DNA from: the human T2T-CHM13v2.0 reference genome, Homo sapiens
Direction: 5' to 3' (one strand)
Length of the DNA: 64,000 nucleotides
Assembly: GCF_009914755.1 (NCBI RefSeq)
Contig: NC_060933.1
Below the pieces are notes generated by a model. The model searched no databases. It was given only the letters and a program-made list of their open reading frames with translations, and was not told the origin of the DNA. Shown piece after piece: positions 49,927-64,000 of the stretch. Every line of letters starts with the position of its first letter. Position 1 is the first letter of the stretch. Both the position numbers and the translations under genes were made by a program.

Positions 49927-50993
49927 GGACCAGGCATGGTGGCTCAAGCCTGTAATCCTAGCACTTTGGGAGGCCAAGGTAAGAGGATTGCTTGAGGCCA
50001 AGACTTCAGCCTGGGCAACATAGGAAGACCCCATCTCTATAAAAAAATAAAAATCAGCTGGGTGTGGTGGTGCCTGCCTGCAGTCCTAGCTATTTGGGAG
50101 ACTGAGGTGGAGGGATCCTTAAGCCAAGAAGTTCGAGGCTGCAGTTGAAATGGGATAGTTCCCTTAACCCCTTTGGGGTTGGCTAGTTTACTCAGCCCAC
50201 GGCTCTCAACCCCTCATAGGAGGGGAAGCACGCAGCTGAGTGGGTGCGGGGGCCCGTACAAGTGCTTCTGGACACCGGCAGGAGTAGAACTCTGTGTGGC
50301 CCCATGGCAGTGTCTAGGGGGGTACCTGTGATGCCCCTGGACCTCCAGAGGGTATGTATTACTAAAAGAGTGTGCTCTTTTAGTTTTGCCTTCCATGGAC
50401 AGCTTAAGTGTTAAACAACTCAGTGAAGGGTCAGGGTGACAGCCTTTTGCACCCACCCTCTTGTACCCAAGTTCTCGTCTGGCATCTAGGAAGAATCAGG
50501 TTACACAAATGATCTGAGGGTTGGTGAATGTGGAGGATTTTAGTGAGCAGTGGAAGTGGCTCTCAGTGAGGTGGGGAGCTGGAACAGGGATGGAGTGGGA
50601 ATGTAGTCTTCCCCTAGAGTTCAGCTCTCCCTGGCCAAACTCTTTTGAAGTCCCACTGTCAAGCTGTCCTGCTGAAGTCAAGCTGCTTCTCTCTGACATC
50701 TGGCTGCTTCTTCTCTTCTCTCTTCCTCTGCCTCTCCACTCTGCCACCCTGTCCCTCTGCCAGTGGAGCCTAGGGTTTTTATGGGTACAGGATGGGGTGT
50801 GGGGCAGGCCAAAAAGCAACATTCAAGCTGGAAGACAGGAATTTATGTTCTCACTATGGGCCACAGGCTTAAGGGTGTGGCCCTCGCTGGGACCACCCTC
50901 TTCTACCCAGTATTTCCCTGCTTCCTGTCCATATCACAGAGAGCAGTGCAGCTTGGGCAACAGAGTGAGACCCTATCTCTTAAAAAACAAAAA
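49927..50993 (+). mobile_element. AluJ split by an LTR insertion (49927-50145 and 50941-50993)
   Basis: 'gaggctgcagt|LTR|caga-gagc...gcttgggcaacagagtgagaccct'. Confidence 0.85.
50146..50936 (-). mobile_element. ERV1 solo LTR (LTR1/LTR27/LTR28-like)
   Basis: Minus strand begins 'tgatatggacaggaagcagggaaatactgggtagaagaggg' and ends ...ttca; 4-bp TSD cagt/caga. Confidence 0.82.
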
Positions 50994-51694
50994 TGCTATG
51001 GTCAAATGTATTTAGAGGGGAAAACAAATCAGTTACCAAAACTTCTAGTTCTTCCCTGGAATTTGAAAAAAAAAAGTCCCAAGCAGAAAGGATAATGCTA
51101 AAATAGAAGAGTAATGAACAAATATGAATTGTTCAAAGGAAGCAAGTTATCTTTCAAAAGTAACACATTAAATTCTATTCTTCTCCTTTAAAAAATTAAA
51201 ACTATTAAATTTTTGATCTTTTTAAATCTATAGTTGTACCATTTTATTTTTATATAAATGACTCAATTTTATGATAAAACAGGTTTTTCAACTGACAATA
51301 ACTATCTATTATAACAATACACCTAATACAACTAAATTCCTTTGCTATTAAGAAGCAGTGCTAACTTGTTTTACCTTCAGGCTAACAGTTGCTTCTGTCA
51401 AATAACAAACAAGCTTTGATTTTAAAATTAAAAAAAAAAAGCTTGAATAACATCAAAATTAACAAAATAATTTTGACTTTGTAAATATTCAGTAATATAT
51501 TTTACATAAATTAGTTCTCCGTGATATAAAATACTGGATTATAATTTGTATACAAAGAAAATTGAATGCATATTTTAAAATGAAAACATAGTTGTATCTT
51601 GGGAAGCAAAAGTAGAGTTTTTCAATCTCTTTAAATCCCCACATAAAACAGGCAAAGCAATAGAAAGAAAAACCAAAACATTTCAAGCTAAGTA

Positions 51695-52385
<691 letters not shown>

Positions 52386-52662
52386 CCTATGATATTCTCA
52401 TGAACTCCATAATATAAATTATTATTTATTATTAGAGCAGGCCACTAACAAGTCATAAAACCTTCATAATATCAGCATTTCTGTGGAAGAAAGCAAAGGA
52501 AAGCCAATTAGGATAGGTTTTGTCTCTAATAAGAATGCAAGAAATAATAAGGTCTGAACAGAGCCGGAACAGTGTAACCCCTAAGAACTCCAGAAACTGA
52601 CCAGCCAGGACTCCCTTCTAGGACAGAATTCCACACTAAGGAGAAAGAGCTAGTTGTGATAT

Positions 52663-53188
52663 AGAAAATCGTTCCGCCTTCCTCGAGCGGCTACGGGAGG
52701 ACTTAAGGAAATATACTCCCCTGTGACCCGACTCCCTCGAGGGTCAATTGATCCTAAAAGATAAGTTTATTACCCAATCAACCGCAGATATCAGGAGAAA
52801 GCTCCAAAAACAAGCCCTGGGCCCTGAACAAAATCTGGAGGCATTATTAAACCTGGCAACCTTGGTGTTCTATAATAGGGACCAAGAGGAACAGGCCCAA
52901 AAGGAAAAGCAAGATCAGAGAAAGGCCACAGCCTTAGTCATGGCCCTCAGACAAACAAACCTTGGTGGTTCAGAGAGGACAGAAAATGGAGCAGGCCAAT
53001 CACCTGGTAGGGCTTGTTATCAGTGTGGTTTACAAGGACACTTTAAAAAAGATGGTCCAACAAGAAACAAGCCACCCCGTCATCCATGTCCCCTGTGCTG
53101 AGGCAATCAATGGAAGGCACACTGCCCCAGAGGGCAAAGGTTCTCTGGGCCAGAAGCCCCCAACCAGATGATCCAACAACAGGACTGA
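52663..53188 (+). pseudogene. HERV9 gag remnant (capsid MHR end plus nucleocapsid)
   Basis: ENRSAFLERLRE..., DKFITQSTADIRRKLQK, zinc knuckle CYQCGLQGHFKKD; in-frame stops. Confidence 0.9.
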
Positions 53189-55400
53189 GGGTGCCCGGGG
53201 CAAGGGCCAGCTCATGTCATCACCCTCACTGAGCCCCAGGTACGTTTAACCATTGAGGGCCAGGAAATTGACTTCCTCCTGGACACTGGCATGGCCTTCT
53301 CAGTGTTAATCTCCTGTCCTGGATGACTGTCCTCAAGGTCCATTACCATCTGAGGAATCCTGGGACAGCCTGTAACCAGGTGTTTCTCCCACCTCCTCAG
53401 TTGTAATTGCGAGACTTTGCTCTTTTCACATGCCTTTGTCGTTATGCCTGAAAGTCCCACACCCTTATTAGGGAGGGATATATTAGCCAAAGCTGGAGCT
53501 ATTATGTACATGAATATGGGAAACAAGTTACCCATTTGTTGTCCCCTACTTGAGGAGGGAATAAACCCTGAAGTCTGGGCATTGGAAGGACAATTTGGAA
53601 GGCCAACAATTGCCCACCCAGTCCAAATCAGGCTAAAAGATCCCACCACTTTTCTTTATCAAAGGCAATATCCCTTAAGGCCTGAAGCTCATAAAGGATT
53701 ATAGGATATTATTAAACATGTAAAAGCTCAAGTCTTAGTAAGGAAATGCAGCAGTCCTTGCAACACCCCAATTCTAGGAGTACAAAAACCAAATGGTCAG
53801 TGGAGACTAGTGCAAGATCTTAGACTCCTCAATGAGGCAGTAATTCCTCTATATCCAGTTGTACCCAACCCCTATACCCTGCTCTCTCAAATACCAGAGG
53901 ACGCAGAATGGTTCACTGTTCTGGACCTCAAGGAGGCCTTCTTCTGTATTCCCCTGCACTCTGACTCCCAGTTTTTCTTTGCCTTTGAGGATCCCACAGA
54001 CCACACCTCCCAACTTACATGGACGGTCTTGCCCCAAGGGTATTGGGATAGCCCTCACCTGTTTGGTCAGGCACTGGCCCAATATCTAGGCCACTTCTCA
54101 AGTCCAGGCACTCTGGTCCTTCAGTATGTGGATGATTTACTTTTGGCTACCAGTTTGGAAGCCTCATGCCAGCAGGCTACTCTAGATCTCTTCAACTTTC
54201 TAGCTAATCAAGGGTACAAGGCGTCTAGGTCGAAGGCCCAGCTTTGCCTACAGCTGGTCAAATATCTAGGCCTAATCTTAGCCAGAGGGACCAGGGCCCT
54301 CAGCAAGGAACCAATACAGCCTATACTGGCTTATCCTTGCCCTAAGACATTAAAACAGTTGCGGAGGTTCCTTGGAATCACCAGCTTTTGCCTATGACTA
54401 TGGATCCCCAGATACAGTGAGATAGCCAGGTCCCTCTCTACTCTAATCAAGGAGACCCAGAGGGCAAATACTCATCTAGTAGAATGGGAACCAGAGGCAG
54501 AAACAGCCTTCGAAACCTTAAAGCAGGCCCTAGTACAAGCTCCAGCTTTAAGCCTTCCCACAGGACAAAACTTCTCTTTATACGTCACAGAGAGAGCAGG
54601 GATAGCTCTTGGAGTCCTTACTCAGACTCATGGGACAACCCCACAACCAGTGGCATATCTAAGTAAGGAAACTGATACAGTAGCAAAAGGCTGGCCTCAC
54701 TGTTTATGGGTAGTTGTGGCGGTGGCTGTCTTAGTGTTAAAAGCAATCAAAATAATACAAGGAAAGGATCTCACTGTCTGGACTACTCATGATGTAAATG
54801 GCATACTAAGTGCCAAAGGAAGTTTATGGCTGTCAGACAACCGCCTGCTTAGATACCAGGCACTACTCCTTGAGGGACTGGTGCTTCAAGTGCGTACGTG
54901 TGCTGCCCTCAACCCTGCTACTTTTCTCCCAGAGGATGGGGAGCTGGTCAAGCATGGCTGCCAACAGGTTGTAGTCCAGACTTATGCCGCCCGAGATGAT
55001 CTCTTGGAAGTCCCCTTGGCTAATCCTGACCTTAACCTATATGCCGATGGAGGTTTGTTTGTGGAGAGTGTGATGCAAAGGGCAGGTTATTCCATAGTTA
55101 GTGATGTAACCGTACTTGAAAGTAAGCCTCTTCCCCCAGGAACCAGCGCCCAGTTAGCAGAAATAGTGGCACTTACCCAAGGCTTAGAACTGAGAAAGGG
55201 AAGAAGAATAAATGGGTATACAGATAGCAAGTATGCTTATATAATCCTACATGCCCATGCTGCAATACAGAAAGAAAGGGAGTTCCTAAACTTTGGGGGA
55301 ACCCCCATTAAATACCACAAGGAAATCATGGAGTTATTGCATGCAGTGCAAAAACCCAAGGAGGTGGCAGTCTTACACTGCCGAAGCCATCAAAAAGGGG
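53189..55400 (+). pseudogene. HERV9 pro-pol remnant (protease, RT, RNase H; integrase absent)
   Basis: LDTG at ~53279; LPQG and YVDD (54125); RNase H LYADG, SAQLAE, YTDSKY; multiple stops. Confidence 0.93.
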
Positions 55401-55454
55401 AAGGAGAGGGGAGAACAGCTGCATAAGTGGCTGGCAGAGGCAGGAAAAGGCCAG

Positions 55455-55690
55455 CACAAAGGAAAGAGAGAAAGAGACAGAAAGTCAGAACAAGAGAGAG
55501 AGAGGAAGAGACAAAGAAGGAGTCAGAGAGAGAGACAGAAAGTCAAAGAGAGAGAGGAAGAGACAGAGACAAAGAAGGAGTCAAAGAGAGAGACAGAGAG
55601 AGGAAGAGACAAAAAGGGAGTCAGAGAGAAAGAGAGATACAAAGAAGAAGTCAAAGTGAGAGAATGAGAGATATAGAAGTAGTAAAGAAA
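55455..55690. repeat. GA-rich low-complexity tract inside the provirus
   Basis: Degenerate gagagacagaaagtca/gaggaagagacaaag units. Confidence 0.85.
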
Positions 55691-56321
55691 AAACAGTGTA
55701 CCCCATTCCTTTAAAAGCCAGGGTAAATTTAAAACCTATAATTGATAATTAAAGGTCTTCTCTGTAACCCTATAACACTCCAATACCACTTTGTTGTCAG
55801 TGTAAACAAGGGCGTAGCCTGAAAGCACTGAGGCCACTGACAACCCATAGTCTTCTTATCAAAAATCCTTAACCCAGCAGGTTTCCTAACATGGGATCTA
55901 AATCTTAATTAATTACCACACAAAGGTCCAACCAGATCTAGGAGGAACTCTCTTCAGGACAGGAGGATAGATAGTTCCTCCAGGCGATTAAGGGAAAAAG
56001 ACACAATGGGTATTCCGTAAGTGATAAGCAGTTAGGAAAATTGCCTAATAACCGGTCTGCTCAAACTGTTTGCACTCAGCCAAATCTTAAAGTACTTACA
56101 GAATCAGGAAGGAGCCATCTATACCAATTCTAAGTTAATAGGACTGAATGAGGTTTTATTAATAGCAAAGAAAAATTAAAATCCCCAACTTACAAGGTTT
56201 TCAACTAAAGTAAATTTTGCTAAGTTAACAGGGTAATATGCATTATCCTACTACCACACACTCTCAAAGGATTTCTCAGACAGTTTGCAAGAAATAACGA
56301 AATCTATCCAGTAAGGATAGT

Positions 56322-56698
56322 AATTACAATCCCAAATAGACTCTTTGGCTGCAGTGACTCTCCAAAACTGCTGAGGCCTAGACCTCCTCATTGCTGAGAA
56401 AGGAGGACTCTGCACCTTCTTAGGGGAAGAGTGTTGTTTTTACACTAACCAGTCAGGGATAGTATGAGATGCCAACCGGCATTTACAGGAAAAGGCTTCT
56501 GAAATCAGACAATGGCTTTCAGACTCTTATACCAACCTCTGGAGTTGGGCAACATGGCTTCTCCCCTTTCTACGTCCCATGGCAGCCATCTTGCTATTAC
56601 TTGCCTTCAGACCCTGTATTTTTAACCTCCTTGTTAAATTTGTTTCCTCTAGAATCGAGGCCATCAAGCTACAGATGGTCTTACAAATGGAACCCTAA
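56322..56698 (+). pseudogene. HERV9 env TM remnant
   Basis: [44 protein letters not shown]: immunosuppressive domain plus CX6CC, with stops. Confidence 0.88.
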
Positions 56699-56825
56699 AG
56701 AGTTCCCCTCTGGAGGACACTACAACGGCAGGGCCCGTTCTTTGCCCCTATCCAGCAGGAATTAGCTAGAACAGTCATTGCCCAATTCCCAACAGCAGTT
56801 GGGGTGTCCTGTTTAGAGGGGGGAT

Positions 56826-57578
56826 TGAGAGGTGAAACCAGCTGGTTTTCTGGGTCGAGCGGGGACTTGGAGAACTTTTCTGTCTAGCTAAAGGTTTGGA
56901 AACGCACCAGTCAGTGCTCTGTGTCTAGCTGAAAGGTTTGTAAACGCACCAATCCATACTCTGTAAAAACGCACCAATCAGCGCTCTGTGTCTAGCTAAA
57001 GGTTTGTAAATGCACCAATCAGCACTCTGTAAAAATGCACCAATCAGCGCTCTGTATCTAGCTAAAGGTTTGTAAACAGACCAATCGGCACTCTGTAAAA
57101 TGGACCAATCAGCGCTCTGTAAAACGGACCAATCAGCAGGATGTGGAAGTGGCCAAAAAAGCTGGCCACCCAAGCCAGCAGTGGCAACCCATTCGGGTCC
57201 CCTTCCACACCGTGAAAGCTTTGTTCTTTTGCTCTTTGCAATAAATCTTGCTGCTGCTCACTCTTTGGGTCCACACTACCTTTATGAGCTATAACACTCA
57301 CCACCACGGTCTGTGGCTTTACTCCTGAAGTCAGCAAGACCACCAACCCACCAGGAGGAACAAACAACTCCAGACGTGCCACCTTTAAGAGCTGTAACAC
57401 TCACTGTGAAGGTCTGTGGCTTCACTCCTGAAGTCAGTGACACCACGAACCCACTGGAAGGAACAAACTCTGGACACACCATCTTTAAGAACTGTAACAC
57501 TCACCGTGAGGGTCCGCGGCTTCATTCTTGAAGTCAGCGAGACCAAGAACCCACCAGAAGGAATAAATTCCAGACACA
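56826..57578 (+). mobile_element. LTR12 (complete U3-R-U5)
   Basis: Starts tgagaggtgaa after the PPT; CCAAT repeats; AATAAA at ~57240; three U5 repeats 'taacactcac...tgaagtcag'; ends cagacaca. Confidence 0.95.
56900..57140 (+). promoter_or_regulatory. LTR12 U3 enhancer repeats with seven CCAAT (NF-Y-type) boxes
   Basis: CCAAT at 56949, 56974, 57015, 57040, 57081, 57105, 57129; NF-Y binding to LTR12 is established, activity of this copy is not. Confidence 0.6.
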
Positions 57579-57582
57579 ATAT

Positions 57583-58380
57583 CTGAGCTGAGCCTTATAG
57601 TGATAATCATCAGGATGGAATGAAGCCCAGTTAAAAATGGGGGAAGGGAACAGAGCTGATTAATCTCAGAAAGCAAGCCACCATATTTTTGAACATTAGA
57701 GAACAAAAACAGACAAAGGAGCATAAAGGTAGAAAAGCTAACCTGTGCCAAGTTCCCTCTACAAGTTCAGGAAAACAAGCTTCACATAAAAATGAGAAAC
57801 AAAAATATTAAGGTCAAATCCCAGGCAATGTTGTTAAAAATAAAGAGAAAATGAGCAGAGTAACATAGCTACAGACAAAGGTACACATATTAAAATTATT
57901 ACTTGTATTTTAAAGTGAGATAAAACTTGTGAAAATGATAAAAGGCATAGCAACAAAAATCAGCATTAGATATGAAATGATGGAATTCAGAGAATTAGAA
58001 ATGAAAGAAAAAAATTTCAGAAATGAACATTAAACTAGAAGGAACATAGGAGTGAACAAACACAATAGATAAAGCCTGAAAAGAAGCAAGGGAAAAGGGA
58101 AAAATTTTAAACTCAAAAAGAAGAAAACCAAATGATTTAAGAAAGTGACATATGTTGAAGCGAGGCAAAGAAGATAAAATGCCAACAATGGGAAATCCAA
58201 GAGAAAAATCGAACCAAGAACAAATACTACAACAATAATTCAAGGAAATGTACTTGAAATTTTTTTCAAAGAATGTGAAATTACATAATGAAAGAGCACA
58301 TTGCATATCTGATTATGTCAATACTAAACAATCAATACCAAGACATATTCTAGTAAAACTTACTGAAGCCAAAGAAAGAA
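57583..58380 (+). mobile_element. HAL1/L1M 5'-ORF1-like fragment (also ~52570-52658 upstream of the ERV)
   Basis: 'gggaacagagc...aatctcagaaagcaagccaccatatttttgaac', 'gaaagagcacattg', 'ccaagacatattctagtaaaacttactg'. Confidence 0.6.
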
Positions 58381-58802
58381 GAAACATGGCCACCTATAAG
58401 GAAGAGTGTCATTGCCAGCCTCATGTATCACTGATTTTATTTGCTGCCATTCTTGTCTGTTTTTCTCACATCCTTTCCGCTTGTAATCTATTAAGATTCT
58501 ACATTAATTTCACTAAACTTGGATTCAGCAAAAAATAAAAATTAGGATTGACAAAAGCAAAAATAGATTTTTAAAAAGTAACAGCTGCTTAAACATGGTA
58601 TACTGAACATCACATTTACCATGGCTCCCTCATGAAAGTCCACTAAAAGTTCAAGAGATTAAAAGAATTATCCTATTTAGATAGTGGAAGAAATGACAGA
58701 GGTGAGTCAAGAAAATTTTGGAAGCTGGAGACAAATAAGTGAATGGAAACGATTTAGCAGATGAAGAAGGTTTCAACCTAGGGGCCTGTGAAAAGATGAA
58801 AC

Positions 58803-59483
58803 TGTAACCACCTGATGGGTTCTTTCTGTCCACTGCACAAACAAAAACCAATCCACAACATTACAGTACAATTGACATGAGGCTGGCCACGCCAAGCAGG
58901 AGATACCCCCGAAAATTTGGAGACAGGATTTTTAAGGATAATTGGCAGGTAGGGAGCCAGGAAGTGGGGAGAGTTGATTGGTCGGGTCAGACAAAAATCA
59001 TAGGGAGTCAAAGCTGTCCTTTTGCGTTGAGTCAGTTTCTGGGCCAGATGAGCTAGTTTATCAATCTGGGTGGCACCAGCTGATCTATTGAGTGCAGGGT
59101 CTGAAAAATATCTTGAGCACCAATCTTAGGTTTTGCAATAGTGATGTTATCCCTAGGAGCAATTGGGAAGGTTTAGAATCTGATGGCCTCTAGTTGCATG
59201 CATGACTCCTAAACCATAATTTCTAATCTTGTGGATAATTTGTTAGTCCTACAAAGGCAGTCTGGTCCCCAGGCAAGCTTCGTTTCAGGAAATGGCTGTT
59301 ATCATTTATCTTTGTTTCAAAGGTAAATTATAAACTAAGTTCCTCCAAAAGTTAGTTCAGCCTACAGCTCAGGAATGAACAAGGACAGCTTGGAGGTTAG
59401 AAGCAAGACGAGGTTAGTTAGGTCAGACTTATTTCACTGTCATAATTTTCTCACTTGTTAATGTTTTTGCAAAGGCAGTTTCA
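58803..59483 (-). mobile_element. LTR8/LTR8A-like ERV1 solo LTR
   Basis: tgtaacc...tttgcaaaggcagtttca ends; 'catgactcctaaaccataatttctaatcttgtg'. Confidence 0.85.
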
Positions 59484-59812
59484 AACCTAAGAACTTGGTT
59501 CTAAACACAAACAAAAGTAAGGCTCAGTACTGATCCTAGGTTCTTCTAAGACAGAGTGCAAGGAGCAAAACATGAAAGTCGGTCTCCTCACAAACAGGCA
59601 ACCATTCACCATCTTCACAGAAGACTCAAAAAAGTAAGAGATTCTAAACTCAGGTGTACCAAGGAGAGTTAATTGGAGGGTTAGCCAATTGAAAACGGGG
59701 GATTAAGTAAAAGTCTACATAGTGATCTGTGGGTATCTTCAGCCAGCCCAAGAGAAAAGACAGAATTCCTCCAATTAAGAACCTTCATCCATAAACACAG
59801 AACTTCCAATCA

Positions 59813-60160
<348 letters not shown>

Positions 60161-60339
60161 AAAAGCAGCACATAATCAAAGATTTAAGGAAATTTGAAAA
60201 AACATCAGAGACAGCAAAACAAGAAAAAATTAACTTGAAAGAAACAGCAAGCAAGAAGCAGATGAAAACTTGAAAACAACGACTAAAATTAACATCCTCA
60301 GAGAAGTAAATATTATATCCATGAAATCATCAAGCACAA

Positions 60340-60930
60340 GGCCAAGCGCAAGGGGCCAAGCATGTCCTGACAGATTTAGCCAGAAAACAAAACAAAACAA
60401 CAACAATAAAAACAATGAGTTCGTTTTAGATTCAGACAGCTTATTATTTACATAGACAGTGAAAAATCATAGTCAAAGGTGCCAAACCTCCAAGGTCCTG
60501 ACCTTGTGCGGGGACATCAACACAAAAGGGACCAGACAACACAACAGGAGTGAGGGACTTCCTGTTGCTGTAGAGCTAATGCCATGCTGCCGCTAAGCAA
60601 TTTTATAGCCTGCAGCTGTGCCCCGGGTGGGGAGGAGGTGAGGCAAGTGGGAGTAGAAAGTCCCGTGTCTCAAAGGAAACAGTGAGGGAGACGAGAAAAT
60701 TGCCTGAAGGCATCCTCCTGCAACATAGGGAGCCTCCCAGATGAAAGCACGGCAAATGAGAAAAAGACCATGCAAAGGCGCCTCACAAAACTGTCTGGCT
60801 ATGCTCCTGGGAGGATCACAGGGTGTGTTCTACCAAGACTTAGTTCAGTTTGAGGTTCAGGCTCCACCTGCATGGCCTATCAAGATACATGCAGGGTCAC
60901 CAGGATGCCAAGCAGGAGCCACTGCCCTAC
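60340..60930 (-). mobile_element. Probable ERVL-type solo LTR (MER54/MER74/LTR53-like)
   Basis: GC-richer block interrupting an L1M fragment; minus strand begins 'tgtagggcagtggctcc' and has a TATA-like 'ctataaaa' (60601-60608). Confidence 0.5.
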
Positions 60931-60934
60931 AGAC

Positions 60935-61470
60935 GCAAAATTTTAGTGCTATTTTAAAGAAGGAATATTCAGAGAATAAAAAATAACAAGATCTTTGGGA
61001 TATTAAACATATGTTTGAAGTTTTAAAAAAAAATCATTGGAAGAACCAGAAGAGAAAATTGAGAAAATATAAAGGAAAGTAGAAAAGATGAAAAATAGAA
61101 ACAATAAGAAAAAAGAATCAGGCCTAGATATCAATATCTGAATAAAAAGAGTTCTAGAATAAACACTAGAAAAAACAGAGGGAAGGAACTTTTCAAGCAG
61201 TATTTTAAAACTTCCAGAACTGAATGACATGAATTTCTCCACTGAAGAAGACATCCTCCTGCAAGACAGGGAGCCTCCCCGATGAAAGAACGGCAAATGA
61301 GAAAAAGATCATGCAAAGGCTCATGATTAACTCATTAACATTAAATGAGTAACTAAATGGATAAAAAAATCCATATCCTGACATATAGTCAAAAACTTTC
61401 AGAATATTGGGGATAGAGGTTAGATTCTGACAGCTTCCAAAGAGAAACAGGACACACATTAAGTATCAAG
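60935..61470 (+). mobile_element. Old L1M ORF1-region fragment
   Basis: 'aaagaaggaatattcagagaataa', 'cttccagaactgaatgacatga', 'ttcagaatattggggatagag'. Confidence 0.55.
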
Positions 61471-61473
61471 AAA

Positions 61474-64000
<2,527 letters not shown>

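Larger units (their letters stand above)
52663..57578 (+). mobile_element. Defective HERV9 (ERV9) provirus without 5' LTR, with 3' LTR12
   Basis: gag-pro-pol-env remnants in order, polypurine tract at ~56815-56824, LTR12; flanked by atat (52659-52662 / 57579-57582). Confidence 0.95.

Noticed and set aside
50496-51095. Overlapping 108-164-aa ORFs
   Set aside because: Almost entirely within a solo LTR and Alu; no protein-family features
53810-55426. 195-aa RT and 258-aa RNase H ORFs as a functional or novel reverse-transcriptase system
   Set aside because: Fragments of HERV9 pol separated by stops; no 5' LTR, PBS or integrase
55293-55714. Charged R/E/K-rich ORFs
   Set aside because: Translation of the GA-rich tract in the ERV
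52663-57578. L1-mediated processed copy of HERV9 RNA
   Set aside because: The 3' LTR continues through U5 to ...CA, with no poly-A tail or long TSD
56875-57578. CRISPR-like repeat array
   Set aside because: Tandem U3 and U5 repeats of LTR12 with no unique spacers, in eukaryotic DNA

Overview
Repeat-dense primate (human-like) genomic DNA, judged from AluJ/S/Y, L1PA and HERV9/LTR12 content. I see no intact protein-coding gene, rRNA, tRNA, CRISPR array or CpG island. Nearly all ORFs in the supplied track are translations of Alu, L1, ERV or simple repeats. Main contents: about 30 Alu elements; L1s of several ages, mostly on the + strand; solo LTRs (MSTA, MSTB, MLT1A, MLT1F, LTR1/27/28-like, LTR8A-like, ERVL-like); MER44 and MER47A DNA transposons; a 3'UTR-only processed pseudogene with a 15-bp TSD (19378-19849); and a defective HERV9 provirus (52663-57578). 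The HERV9 lacks its 5' LTR, starts inside the gag major homology region, keeps a complete 3' LTR12 and is bracketed by ATAT/ATAT. The L1 strand bias and several splice-site-bounded segments, including a plausible terminal exon near 46.9-47.0 kb, suggest the window overlaps a minus-strand transcription unit that I could not name. I found no convincing new biological system; the best leads are unusual retroelement integration or rearrangement structures and candidate exons. Subfamily calls come from recalled consensus features and need RepeatMasker/Dfam confirmation; boundaries without a TSD are approximate.
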